Shown here: positions 38,382 to 46,656 of the stretch, piece by piece
Layout: each line of letters begins with the position of its first letter
Numbering within the stretch: the first letter of the stretch is position 1
Assembly: GCA_049305795.1 (NCBI GenBank)
Contig: JBAQPM010000007.1
Location: 731-64,730, forward strand
Length of the DNA stretch: 64,000 nucleotides
DNA from: Minisyncoccia bacterium
GTDB taxonomy: Bacteria; Patescibacteriota; Minisyncoccia; Phycocordibacterales; Phycocordibacteraceae
Direction: 5' to 3'
The notes under the pieces: model-generated
Told to the model about the DNA's origin: nothing
Database searches by the model: none
The model's input: the letters and a program-made list of their open reading frames with translations, nothing else
Program-made: the position numbers and the translations under genes

Positions 38382-39446
38382 ATGAAAAACCTCTTTACTC
38401 GTTCAAAACTCAATCCAATCCTTCGGCCACAAAACAGTGAATGGTGGAAGATCTACAACCCAGGCGCCGCACTCGATACACAAGGTCGTGTGCACCTCTT
38501 TCCGCGAGTAATGAAGCAGGAAGAGGATTGGCATTCGCGGATAGCACATGCAGTTTCTATTGATGGCGAGCACTTTGTGTGGGACAAAGAGCCTATTCTG
38601 GTGCGCGAGAACAAGCATGAGGAAAGAGGTCTTGAAGACCCCCGCGTAACGCTCATTGATGGGACTTACTACATGACTTTCGCTGCCTTTGATGGAAAGA
38701 AGGTGATACTTCACAGCGCTACAGCTAAAGACCTCAATGGTCCGTGGCTGCGGCAAGGTCCGATGGTATCTGACTTCGACTTCTTCAAAAGTGGCGGCCG
38801 AATGGTGCGCTGGGAAAATGGCAAACCAATAGAAAAGGCCCCTTCAAAGCGCGGCTCTCACTGGTCAAAATCGGGAGCTTTGTTTCCTGAGCGTATCAAT
38901 GGGAAGTTCACTCTGCTCTTTGGTGAGTATTATATTTGGTTAGCTACGTCATCAGATGGTGCGAAATACGAGGTGGAACAGAGACCTTTTCTGCAGCCGC
39001 GTAAGGGTACTACCTATTTCGATAACACCTTCATTGAGACAGGACCGCCGCCTATCCTCACTGAAAAAGGGTGGCTCGTTCTCTATCACGGTATCGATGA
39101 GGCGTTTCGATACCAACTCGGTTTCTTGATGCTGGATAGAAACGACCCGACAAAAGTCCTCTACCGCAGTAACGAACCAATCTTTGGTCCAACCGAAGAG
39201 TATGAGGTCGGAGATGCACTCATCGATGTCATTAAGGGTGGCGTAACAGCCATGAATAAGCTGGACGATGAAAAGCTGAAGGCTTTTTACAAGAAAGCAC
39301 GAGAAGAAAATGTGATGCCGCAGGTGACTTTCTGTCCAGGCATCGTAATCAAAGGTGGCAACCTCTGGCTTTACTACGGAGCTGGTGATACCTCCATTTG
39401 CACTGCTTGGGCACCGCTTGAAGAGATACTCAAGTTGGTTCCCTAA
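38382..39446 (+). CDS. GH130 family glycosidase/beta-mannoside phosphorylase-like protein
   Basis: NPILRPQ...W...YNPGA start; GW(L/V)LYHG, LGFLMLD and YYGAGD blocks shared with the two GH130 genes at 60.7-63.8 kb; GGGAG RBS. Confidence 0.8.
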   Translation: MKNLFTRSKLNPILRPQNSEWWKIYNPGAALDTQGRVHLFPRVMKQEEDWHSRIAHAVSIDGEHFVWDKEPILVRENKHEERGLEDPRVTLIDGTYYMTFAAFDGKKVILHSATAKDLNGPWLRQGPMVSDFDFFKSGGRMVRWENGKPIEKAPSKRGSHWSKSGALFPERINGKFTLLFGEYYIWLATSSDGAKYEVEQRPFLQPRKGTTYFDNTFIETGPPPILTEKGWLVLYHGIDEAFRYQLGFLMLDRNDPTKVLYRSNEPIFGPTEEYEVGDALIDVIKGGVTAMNKLDDEKLKAFYKKAREENVMPQVTFCPGIVIKGGNLWLYYGAGDTSICTAWAPLEEILKLVP

Positions 39447-39674
39447 CAACGGTTCTGAACTTGTCCCACTGAAAAGTGATTTCTATGCGAATGTCAAATC
39501 TGCGAAGAACGGCGACGAAAGAAGGCCGCTGTATTGAAGGTCGCGCTCAATCTGCATCCAGTCTGTCATTCTGAACCTGGCCGCAATGGGGAGCTTGTAA
39601 GGTGGTCCACGGCGACGCAAATGCTCTCGACCAAGCCGGAGTATTTTCGTTTCAAACGCAGTACAATATACTTA

Positions 39675-40154
39675 ATGAACGTACGCAACACATTCAAGCT
39701 CACCGTTGCCATCGTAATCTCCGAGCTTGCAGGCATCATCGGTTCGGTGTTTACGACGCCATCTATTGCCGGCTGGTATGCAACACTCGTCAAACCAGCA
39801 CTCAACCCTCCGGCGTGGGTTTTTGGACCGGTCTGGACGACACTCTTTGCGCTCATGGGCATCGCTGCGTTCCTGGTATGGGAAAAAGGCTTGGGGCACA
39901 GGGATGTAAAAATTGCTCTCGGCATCTTTGCCGGTCAGCTGGTACTCAACACCCTTTGGTCGATTATCTTCTTTGGTCTGCACAGCCCGGGTGGTGCGCT
40001 TGTTGAGATCGTATTCCTATTATGGCTCGCCATCCTCGCCACGATCATCGCGTTTTATAAAATCTCCCGTCCAGCCGCTTGGCTCTTGGTCCCATACATT
40101 GCCTGGGTCAGTTTTGCAGCATATTTAAATTTCACCATTTGGCTATTGAATTAA
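39675..40154 (+). CDS. tspO: TspO/MBR family tryptophan-rich sensory protein
   Basis: Five TM helices with conserved Trp/Pro pattern (PSIAGWYATLVKPALNPPAWVFGPVWTTLFALMG); start taken at the internal ATG 39675 because upstream ORF sequence is not TspO-like. Confidence 0.8.
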   Translation: MNVRNTFKLTVAIVISELAGIIGSVFTTPSIAGWYATLVKPALNPPAWVFGPVWTTLFALMGIAAFLVWEKGLGHRDVKIALGIFAGQLVLNTLWSIIFFGLHSPGGALVEIVFLLWLAILATIIAFYKISRPAAWLLVPYIAWVSFAAYLNFTIWLLN

Positions 40155-40167
40155 TCAAAATTGATTT

Positions 40168-40458
40168 ATGAATTTTGCAAGACAATACATAGAATATTTG
40201 AAAAATAATCCCCAGGGATATTGGTTTAAACGTAAGCTCTATGGCTGGGGCTGGGTGCCGGCGAAGTGGCAAGGATGGTTTGTGGTCGCTGTTGGCATAG
40301 CCATTCTTGTTGCCGGTATTTATGTCGGAGACACTGATGATGCGCCCGGTGCAGCCCTCTTGGGCTTTATACTCATGCTCGCACTGATATTTACATTTGG
40401 TTACTGGAAAGGAGAAAAACCGCACTGGCAGTGGGGACCGCCGAAGAAAGATATCTAG
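40168..40458 (+). CDS. Small Trp-rich membrane protein (96 aa)
   Basis: YWFKRKLYGWGWVPAKWQGW followed by 2 TM helices; begins 14 nt after tspO. Confidence 0.5.
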   Translation: MNFARQYIEYLKNNPQGYWFKRKLYGWGWVPAKWQGWFVVAVGIAILVAGIYVGDTDDAPGAALLGFILMLALIFTFGYWKGEKPHWQWGPPKKDI

Positions 40459-40518
40459 CTGCTCGGAGGGGGGCGAGTATACTAAACACGTCAGATTATT
40501 TTTTTAATACATTTCCTT

Positions 40519-40866
40519 ATGCAAAAATTCTTAGTGTTGTACCTTACACCCGTTTCGGTACTTGAGGCATGGTCAAAAACTGATCCAGAAGAAAGAAAAG
40601 TCGCCGAGGAAAAAATGAAGGGAGAGTGGCAGACATGGGCGAGTACCCATGCAGGCATGATTCTCGAAACGGCAGGAGCTGGAAAGACGAAACGAGTTAC
40701 AAAAGAGGGTGTGATGGATGCTAAAAATGACATCATGTTGTATTCGATTGTCGAAGCAGAATCACACGAGGCGGCTACGAAAATATTTGAAAACCATCCT
40801 CATTTTGGAATTCCCGAAGCTTCAATAGAAATCATGCCGATGAATCCTCTTCCCGGGATGGCGTAA
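40519..40866 (+). CDS. YciI/DGPF-like dimeric alpha/beta-barrel protein (tentative)
   Basis: FLVLY...AW...EER...LYSIVEAESHEAA...HP...IEI pattern resembles the YciI-like family; low-GC gene. Confidence 0.4.
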   Translation: MQKFLVLYLTPVSVLEAWSKTDPEERKVAEEKMKGEWQTWASTHAGMILETAGAGKTKRVTKEGVMDAKNDIMLYSIVEAESHEAATKIFENHPHFGIPEASIEIMPMNPLPGMA

Positions 40867-40934
40867 ATTGGAAAAATTTAACCCTAAAAGAAAAACACCC
40901 TTCCTGGGTGTTTTTCTTTCTGCCGATTTTTAAA

Positions 40935-41153
40935 CTAGTTAGTTTCAGGTGCATCAGCCCAATCTTTCATAAACTTTTCGTTCCAAGAAACCATCGCCGG
41001 ATCGTCTTTTGGCATGGCTTTTACCTGTGCTGCCATTTCAGGATGCGCAGCTTCAAGATGGATCATACCATTGCTCATCATTTCCTCCGGAGTGCTTCCC
41101 ATAATTTTCTCTTCGCACATGCCGCCCATCTGCGCACACGTCATTGTTTTCAT
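40935..41153 (-). CDS. DUF1059 family small protein
   Basis: MKTMTCAQMGGMCEEKIMGSTPEEMMSNGMIHLEAAHPEMAAQVKAMPKDDP matches the short Cys-x-x-x-Gly-x-Cys DUF1059 architecture. Confidence 0.55.
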   Translation of the reverse strand: MKTMTCAQMGGMCEEKIMGSTPEEMMSNGMIHLEAAHPEMAAQVKAMPKDDPAMVSWNEKFMKDWADAPETN

Positions 41154-41236
41154 ATACTAAAAAATTTACTAATTTATAAAATCGAATTTGCGTACGAAAT
41201 TAATATAGCATGCACACTCGGCTCGTTTAGAGAGAT

Positions 41237-41266
41237 TTGACAAGAATGCCAAAAGTATCTTAATAT
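41237..41266 (+). promoter_or_regulatory. Sigma70-like promoter (TTGACA, 17-18 nt, TAATAT) upstream of CDS 41307
   Basis: Consensus -35 hexamer and an AT-rich -10 at the correct spacing; GGGGGA RBS before the ATG. Confidence 0.45.
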
Positions 41267-41306
41267 AGCTTAAGGTACTTCAAACACTAAGCAGCAGGGG
41301 GATACT

Positions 41307-41735
41307 ATGGCTGGATATCTCGTGAGACTTCTCCTTGAAGAGAAAGTAAACGAATTCAACCTACATCGGGAAAAACATCCCGATGTAGAAATCGACTTGT
41401 CTGGATTAGATCTTTCAAGAAAGAATTTGGGAGGGATAAACTTTTCCGGTCTCGATCTGCGGGAAGTTATCTGCGAAGGTACGCAGCTTTGCCGCAGTGA
41501 TTTACGGAAATCTCGTCTGCCCCGGAAAAAACATGGCGCATGTCTGGCAGGTTCCAAACTGCCAGAGATCGACCTTTCAGTGGAGAGTCTTAGAGGTGTT
41601 CACCTTGAGTGTGCCTCTATCGAATTCTTCCTTGCAGAAGGGGACGTCAGCCTTGAAGAGGTTGTTTATGCTCTTCTTAAGCTGCAATTAACCTATTCAG
41701 CAATCCAGATGGGTTTTCCAATTCCCTCTTTTTAA
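41307..41735 (+). CDS. Pentapeptide-repeat protein
   Basis: Tandem A(D/N)LXX-type pentapeptides (LSGLDLSRKNLGGINFSGLDLREVICEGTQLCRSDLRKSRL). Confidence 0.6.
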   Translation: MAGYLVRLLLEEKVNEFNLHREKHPDVEIDLSGLDLSRKNLGGINFSGLDLREVICEGTQLCRSDLRKSRLPRKKHGACLAGSKLPEIDLSVESLRGVHLECASIEFFLAEGDVSLEEVVYALLKLQLTYSAIQMGFPIPSF

Positions 41736-41799
41736 TCGCCTGACAGGTCGCTCGACTTTGTTGGGCGATTCTGTTTTTATATACCCATAGAATTTTCAT

Positions 41800-42222
41800 A
41801 TGGAACGTTTTAATCTCTTGTCGGCCGTGCATTTGATTTTAATTAAAGAAGAAAAGATTCTTCTTTTACGCAGATTTAATACGGGATGGAATGATGGGAA
41901 TTATACGGTTCCCGCAGGTCACCTTGATGAGGGAGAAACAGTCACCCAAGCAGTAGTGCGAGAAAGTTTGGAGGAGGCGGGAGTAACTATTAAACCGGAA
42001 GATCTGACAATGGTTCACGTCATGCATCGAGCCGCCAATCGTATTGATTTCTTTTTTATCGCACGCGCATGGCAAGGAAACCCTACAAATGCTGAGCCGG
42101 ACAAATGTGACGATTTGGAATGGTTTCCTTTAGATAATCTCCCGTCCAACATGGTTGAGTACGTTAAGTCAGGAATAGAACACTATCAAAATGGAAAGTT
42201 ATTCTCGGAATTTGGGTGGTAA
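41800..42222 (+). CDS. NUDIX hydrolase
   Basis: Nudix box GHLDEGETVTQAVVRESLEEAGV (GX5EX7REUXEEXGU). Confidence 0.8.
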   Translation: MERFNLLSAVHLILIKEEKILLLRRFNTGWNDGNYTVPAGHLDEGETVTQAVVRESLEEAGVTIKPEDLTMVHVMHRAANRIDFFFIARAWQGNPTNAEPDKCDDLEWFPLDNLPSNMVEYVKSGIEHYQNGKLFSEFGW

Positions 42223-42243
42223 TTCCAACCTGTTGCAGTTCTA

Positions 42244-42272
42244 TTTTCATATTATAAATCTTGTGGTATAAT
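42244..42272 (+). promoter_or_regulatory. Extended -10 promoter (TGgTATAAT at 42264-42272; TTttCA -35 at 42244-42249)
   Basis: Perfect TATAAT with TGn extension; 17-nt spacer to a partial -35. Confidence 0.5.
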
Positions 42273-42294
42273 ACTAATAGAAAAGACCCAGGAG

Positions 42295-42453
42295 ATGAGA
42301 ATGATGCGGCTCTGCAAAAGATGCCGGGGCTCAGGATTTCTCTTCCGTCCTGGTCCAAAGGTATCAATCAAACACTCTTTCAAACGCTGCACTTCCTGTA
42401 GTGGAAAAGGCGTGCGAGGGAAATTGCCTGCCACCGAACCAAAAAGGAGCTAG
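42295..42453 (+). CDS. Small zinc-ribbon protein (52 aa, CxxC...CxxC), absent from the ORF track because it is under 60 aa
   Basis: AGGAG RBS immediately before the ATG; MRMMRLCKRCRGSG...KRCTSCSGKG; its stop overlaps the RBS of the next gene. Confidence 0.45.
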   Translation: MRMMRLCKRCRGSGFLFRPGPKVSIKHSFKRCTSCSGKGVRGKLPATEPKRS

Positions 42454-42456
42454 AAG

Positions 42457-42687
42457 ATGGAGAAATTCAAGATCGGTGACCGCGTGAAATGGAAAAAGCG
42501 GCAAGAAAAAGAAGAAGACCGCCAGCTCATGCGGGAATTGGCTGGGCAATACGGCGAAGGGCCTTTCAAGGTTCTTGACGTTCGGCAAGTATTCGATTCT
42601 CCAAGTCACCCACAGACAGTGACGTTGCAAATTGGGGTGAGGAAATTTCCTTTTTCCGGGAAATGGCTTCGCCGAGCAAAACAATAA
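42457..42687 (+). CDS. Small basic protein (76 aa), unknown function
   Basis: AAAGGAG RBS; KWKKRQEKEEDRQ N-terminus; followed by terminator 42692-42725. Confidence 0.45.
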   Translation: MEKFKIGDRVKWKKRQEKEEDRQLMRELAGQYGEGPFKVLDVRQVFDSPSHPQTVTLQIGVRKFPFSGKWLRRAKQ

Positions 42688-42691
42688 ACCC

Positions 42692-42725
42692 GCCGCCCCG
42701 ACAAAGGGGCGGCTTTCTTTTTCTC
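42692..42725 (+). terminator. Rho-independent terminator (gccgcccc-gacaaa-ggggcggc plus TTTCTTTTTCTC)
   Basis: Perfect 8-bp GC stem with a U-tract. Confidence 0.7.
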
Positions 42726-42753
42726 TCCCTATTTCTGTTATGCTATAGACATC

Positions 42754-43089
42754 ATGCAAACCACACATCGCGGTCCTGTTGCCATTATCATCCTCTCCAT
42801 TATCACCTTTGGTATTTACGCGCTCTACTGGGTGGTGAAAACAAAGGGAGAAATAAATGCTCTGGGTGCACACATTCCTACGGCCTGGCTCATCATCATA
42901 CCGATTGTAAATATTTACTTTGCCTACAAGTATGCAGAAGGATTTTCGCTATACGTTAAAAAAGACAACCTCCCTGTCCTCTGGTTCCTTTTGATCATCG
43001 TCATTATTCCGGTTGCGATGATATTGGTCCAGATCGAATTGAATAAATACACTACTCACAGCAACCTAGCTTCTCCAGCCTCCAAGTAA
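42754..43089 (+). CDS. DUF4234-like small membrane protein
   Basis: FGIYALYWVV motif in TM1 and a second TM; 111 aa. Confidence 0.5.
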   Translation: MQTTHRGPVAIIILSIITFGIYALYWVVKTKGEINALGAHIPTAWLIIIPIVNIYFAYKYAEGFSLYVKKDNLPVLWFLLIIVIIPVAMILVQIELNKYTTHSNLASPASK

Positions 43090-43123
43090 CGAATTGCTTC
43101 GGAAATTAGATATAATTATCGGT

Positions 43124-43471
43124 ATGGCAGACATACAAGATTTGATCACGGCAATTGTTGCGTTTCGTGATGCACGGGACTGGAAACAATTTCATAATCC
43201 GAAAGATTGCGCCATTTCCCTCTCCCTTGAAGCGTCCGAAGTGTTAGAGCATTTTCAATGGAAAAATAAAGAAGAAATTGAAGAACATATCCTAAAGAAC
43301 AAAGAAGATATCGCTGAAGAAATTGCCGATGTTTTGTGCTGGGTTCTGTTGATGTCGCACGATTTGGAAATAGACATTGGTGAAGCTTTTCACAAAAAAC
43401 TTACAAAAAATGATGCGAAATATCCCGTTGAAAAATCTAAAGGGAAACATACGAAATATAACCAGTTGTAG
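43124..43471 (+). CDS. MazG-like nucleotide pyrophosphohydrolase (small all-alpha NTP-PPase)
   Basis: MADIQDLITAIVAFRDARDWKQFHNPKDCAISLSLEASEVLEHFQW...EEIADVLCWVL matches the MazG-like EAxEL/E..D pattern; TATAAT at 43111-43116. Confidence 0.65.
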   Translation: MADIQDLITAIVAFRDARDWKQFHNPKDCAISLSLEASEVLEHFQWKNKEEIEEHILKNKEDIAEEIADVLCWVLLMSHDLEIDIGEAFHKKLTKNDAKYPVEKSKGKHTKYNQL

Positions 43472-43494
43472 GAACCATTCCTCACAAAAGAAGA

Positions 43495-43525
43495 CAGCCC
43501 ACGCACTGGTTAGGTGCGTGGGCTG
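43495..43525. terminator. Bidirectional hairpin (cagcccacgcac-tggttag-gtgcgtgggctg) between convergent genes
   Basis: 12-bp perfect stem; no U-tract. Confidence 0.5.
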
Positions 43526-43542
43526 CTAGATTCACAAGCGCG

Positions 43543-44280
43543 TCACATCGCCGAGGCGATTTCCTCGATGGTCCGCATGACGGCGTCATGCGGATTTTCA
43601 GCCTGCGTAATCGGCCGGCCGACAACAATACGGTCTGCACCAACTTTGATGGCCTCGGTTGGAGTCATAACCCGATTTGGGTTTTGGTCGTCCCCCTTTA
43701 CGATTGACCACAAAGGACGGACCCCAGGGGTGTTGAGCGTCAGACTCCTGCTGACGTAGGAACGCAACAGCTCAACCTCCTTTGGTGAAGAGATGAGTCC
43801 ATCAATGCCCGCAACCATAGCGACATCTGCAAGACGAAGAACCGCTTCGTCAATTCGACAGGAGAAAATCCTCTGGACATCCTCCTCATTCATACTGGTA
43901 AGAACCGTCACGCCGAGCACTTCCGTGTCCGGCAATTCGGCCTTGAGAGCCTGCATGGCGGCGAGGCCAGCAACGCACATCGTGGTGAGCAGTTCAGGTT
44001 TCGCTTCGCGGATGAGAACGCCGTCCGTGGACAGCGTTTCGCCGATGTCGATCAGCTTGAGGTCAGCGAAAACCCGCAAACCGCGTGACTGGATTTCACC
44101 GATGAGGTCGTAGCCACAGGCTCGCAGGGCGGAATTCACCTTCAGGTAGACTCCGGTTCCTTTGAGGCTATCAGCCAATGCCAGGACTTTGGCTTTCGCC
44201 CAGCCCTTTCCGTTAGGAGTCGTTGGCTTGAAGTCGGCAGCAACGATCAGTCGCTCCGCCGGTGTCAGTGTCTTTTGCAC
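43543..44280 (-). CDS. pyrF: Orotidine 5'-phosphate decarboxylase
   Basis: DLKLIDIGETL (DxKxxDIxxT) and C-terminal IVVGRPI phosphate-binding motif. Confidence 0.75.
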   Translation of the reverse strand: MQKTLTPAERLIVAADFKPTTPNGKGWAKAKVLALADSLKGTGVYLKVNSALRACGYDLIGEIQSRGLRVFADLKLIDIGETLSTDGVLIREAKPELLTTMCVAGLAAMQALKAELPDTEVLGVTVLTSMNEEDVQRIFSCRIDEAVLRLADVAMVAGIDGLISSPKEVELLRSYVSRSLTLNTPGVRPLWSIVKGDDQNPNRVMTPTEAIKVGADRIVVGRPITQAENPHDAVMRTIEEIASAM

Positions 44281-44307
44281 GTGTGGTTTCCTTTCGTGGT
44301 TTCCGAA

Positions 44308-45039
44308 TTACTGTTGCATGAGAGCGCAGAGACGCGCCCAGTTCTTTTTCACTTCGAGCTCGAGCTTGCCGTCAGCGATATCAGCAGCAACCGCAGGATC
44401 GTCCTGTTTGTATTCCGGATACGCCTCACGAATGGAAGCGATGACCGGCAGACCTTTGTAGGTCGTGTCGTAAATCGGAGAACGATTGAGCGCCCCGACG
44501 AGGAGCACGATGTTCGCTCCGGTGACGGCGATCTCAGTCAGGGTGTTGTCGGTATTTTGGAAGTTGTTGTAGACATCTTCCGCGATAGCGACACGTTCGC
44601 CCTGTTCGAAGTCGAACTGTGAGAGGTCCCAGGTGTATTCCTGTTTCTTGCCAGCTTCCGTGGCTTTTGGCTTCTTGTCCGCATACACGAACCTTTTGCC
44701 GGTGATGAGTGCGAGCATCTGACCGAATGTCCGGCCGCCCTGCGGAATACCGCAGATGGTGTCGAACGTGTCGAGCAAATTCTGATCATGGAGCTTCAGA
44801 TAAGCAGCCGCTGCAAATGCATGGACCGCCTCCGGATGCTCTTCGATCCGTCGGAAGTTGAAGTAGATGTCTCCGACGAGGTTTCGTCCTTTGCTGTCTT
44901 TTCCCGCGTAGGCGACCAGAGGTCCCTTGCGCCGCGAGCCGACTTTCGGACAAATGTACACGGCATTACAGCGCTTGCCGAGATCTAGGAGACCTTCTCC
45001 TGGCAGTGGAATGATTGGCTTCATTGTTGTTCCTTTCAA
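44308..45039 (-). CDS. Phosphoribosyltransferase-fold protein, divergent (orotate PRTase-like; PRPP loop degenerate)
   Basis: ICGIPQGG resembles the PyrE hood region, but the PRPP-binding motif reads VAIAEDVYNNFQNT instead of VxVDDVITTGGT; directly upstream of pyrF. Confidence 0.45.
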   Translation of the reverse strand: MKGTTMKPIIPLPGEGLLDLGKRCNAVYICPKVGSRRKGPLVAYAGKDSKGRNLVGDIYFNFRRIEEHPEAVHAFAAAAYLKLHDQNLLDTFDTICGIPQGGRTFGQMLALITGKRFVYADKKPKATEAGKKQEYTWDLSQFDFEQGERVAIAEDVYNNFQNTDNTLTEIAVTGANIVLLVGALNRSPIYDTTYKGLPVIASIREAYPEYKQDDPAVAADIADGKLELEVKKNWARLCALMQQ

Positions 45040-45145
45040 GGTCCAGTTTTCAACTCTGGCGCAACCTTAGTCGAAAAAGAACTTAAAATCAATAAATCCT
45101 AATTTAGTTTTATGTAAAACTCTCGGGGACAGCATTTCTATACAT

Positions 45146-45174
45146 TTGACATATAGACATTTTATGTGTATATT
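45146..45174 (+). promoter_or_regulatory. Near-consensus sigma70 promoter (TTGACA, 17 nt, TATATT)
   Basis: Hexamers and spacing read directly in the sequence. Confidence 0.55.
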
Positions 45175-45209
45175 AGGAGACTGTAGCGTGTTCCTTTGGG
45201 GATTAAAAA

Positions 45210-45425
45210 ATGTGCCAAAGCCATAAGCTTGATTTTGCTGCCGGTATCTCTATCTATCAGGCAGCCGCACAAATGTTCGCGGCCTGCTGCGAACATGGGC
45301 GGGTGGAGGGGGTGTTTAATGGGATTGAGCTGGTCGCCGACCAGGCCGACTGGAGGACCGATCAACCCGAAAAGATTGTCGCGATATATCGCGAGAAAGG
45401 TCGAGAGACCTGTCACAGGCCCTGA
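45210..45425 (+). CDS. Small protein (71 aa) or sRNA locus
   Basis: Short ORF bracketed by a consensus promoter and a perfect terminator; weak RBS. Confidence 0.3.
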   Translation: MCQSHKLDFAAGISIYQAAAQMFAACCEHGRVEGVFNGIELVADQADWRTDQPEKIVAIYREKGRETCHRP

Positions 45426-45460
45426 TGTTTGCTCTTGCAAACATCAGGGCCATCCGTTTT
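45418..45460 (+). terminator. Rho-independent terminator (ggccctgatgtttgc-tctt-gcaaacatcagggcc plus ATCCGTTTT)
   Basis: 15-bp perfect stem with a U-rich tail. Confidence 0.7.
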
Positions 45461-45480
45461 ATAGGTCCAGCTGACACGAT

Positions 45481-45747
45481 TTGGAATCTGTGGTATTATC
45501 AAGTGTAATGAGAACGCCTGACCGTGACCGCGAGCGTAGTGAGAAAAAGCGTTCCCTCGCTGAATTTCTAACACTCTACAACGAGAATCTTCCACTCGCC
45601 TTCCCTCGCGCTTCGGCGGCACATTTGGAAGAATTTAAAACTGCCCATAGTGGGCTTTTTGTGCGTGCAAATGAATGGTCGCTCGACCAGCATCGTAAAA
45701 AAGTGATGGATTGGCTTGGTTCTCGCAAAGAAATCTCCAAAAGCTGA
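45481..45747 (+). CDS. Hypothetical protein
   Basis: ORF only; no motifs recognised. Confidence 0.35.
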   Translation: MESVVLSSVMRTPDRDRERSEKKRSLAEFLTLYNENLPLAFPRASAAHLEEFKTAHSGLFVRANEWSLDQHRKKVMDWLGSRKEISKS

Positions 45748-45894
45748 GGAATTTGTGTTATCCACCTTTTGACTATCTACCACTCGTATGGTAGTTTTAT
45801 TCTATCAACCAGAGCTGAATCCAAAGAAGTGGGATCTCGAGCTTCTCTTCCGCGCACTGAATTGATCTTAGAAACGTATAATTTTCTCTCGCAT

Positions 45895-46095
45895 ATGCAA
45901 GAAGGAACAATCGCTGGCCTTACGGACAAAGGATTTGGTTTCATCAAGCGCGAAGGAATGGACAAGGACCTCTTTTTCCACTCCAACGAGCTTGTGAACG
46001 TAAAATTCGATGAACTTCAGGTTGGTGACAAGGTATCATTTGAGGTTGGCGAAGGTCCAAAAGGACCAAACGCGATCAAAGTGAGCCGCGTGTAA
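45895..46095 (+). CDS. csp: Cold-shock protein (CspA family)
   Basis: RNP1 motif KGFGFI and RNP2-like FFHSN; start set at the internal Met giving 66 aa; strong terminator follows. Confidence 0.8.
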   Translation: MQEGTIAGLTDKGFGFIKREGMDKDLFFHSNELVNVKFDELQVGDKVSFEVGEGPKGPNAIKVSRV

Positions 46096-46103
46096 CCAAA
46101 CAA

Positions 46104-46143
46104 AAAGAAATCCGCCCTCGTTACGAGGGCGGATTTCTTTTTG
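46104..46143 (+). terminator. Rho-independent terminator (aaatccgccctcg-ttac-gagggcggattt plus CTTTTTG)
   Basis: 13-bp perfect stem with a U-tract. Confidence 0.75.
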
Positions 46144-46266
46144 AAAGAGCTGGATGAACATTGTATCAAAAGTCACAAAAGGTATCATGCGGTTTTATTT
46201 TGCGTGAAATTGACCAAACTATAAACATCTGGTATCGTTTCCCAGGATAAACAAAGGAGATACTTC

Positions 46267-46620
46267 ATGACAATCGCTGAGCAAGTGGCTCTCTGGTTCA
46301 GAGAGCGTAGGTTCCAAGCTTACGCTTACGAAGAAAAAGACGTCAAGAAAATCACAGTAACCGCATGGATTCGGGGGCCTCGGGGGTTCCTGTGGTTCCG
46401 CCGGCCCAAAGAAGTTGAATATTATATAGCCGCAGTATGGCTCTCTTACCAAAGTTTGGGAGCCACCGAAGAGCATTGGGTTATTGAGATATATGGGGAG
46501 TCAAATTTTTCTCAATTTGTCGAATACGCGAAGCAATTTGAGGAAAATTTTGGGGTCAAGATTCGGCTCCATCTGGCCGAGAAAGAAGCCTCCCGGCTCT
46601 TCGATTTTCCCCCTCGCTAA
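46267..46620 (+). CDS. Hypothetical protein (117 aa)
   Basis: AAAGGAG RBS 8 nt upstream; followed by hairpin 46626-46656. Confidence 0.5.
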   Translation: MTIAEQVALWFRERRFQAYAYEEKDVKKITVTAWIRGPRGFLWFRRPKEVEYYIAAVWLSYQSLGATEEHWVIEIYGESNFSQFVEYAKQFEENFGVKIRLHLAEKEASRLFDFPPR

Positions 46621-46625
46621 ATTTT

Positions 46626-46656
46626 CAGCCCCGGCGGTTTCTGACCGCCGGGGCTG
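46626..46656. terminator. Bidirectional hairpin (cagccccggcgg-tttctga-ccgccggggctg)
   Basis: 12-bp perfect GC stem between convergent genes. Confidence 0.5.

Noticed and set aside
44308-45039. Calling the PRTase-fold gene a confident pyrE
   Set aside because: The diagnostic PRPP-binding loop (DDVITTGGT) is not recognisable, so only the fold and family-level call is supported.
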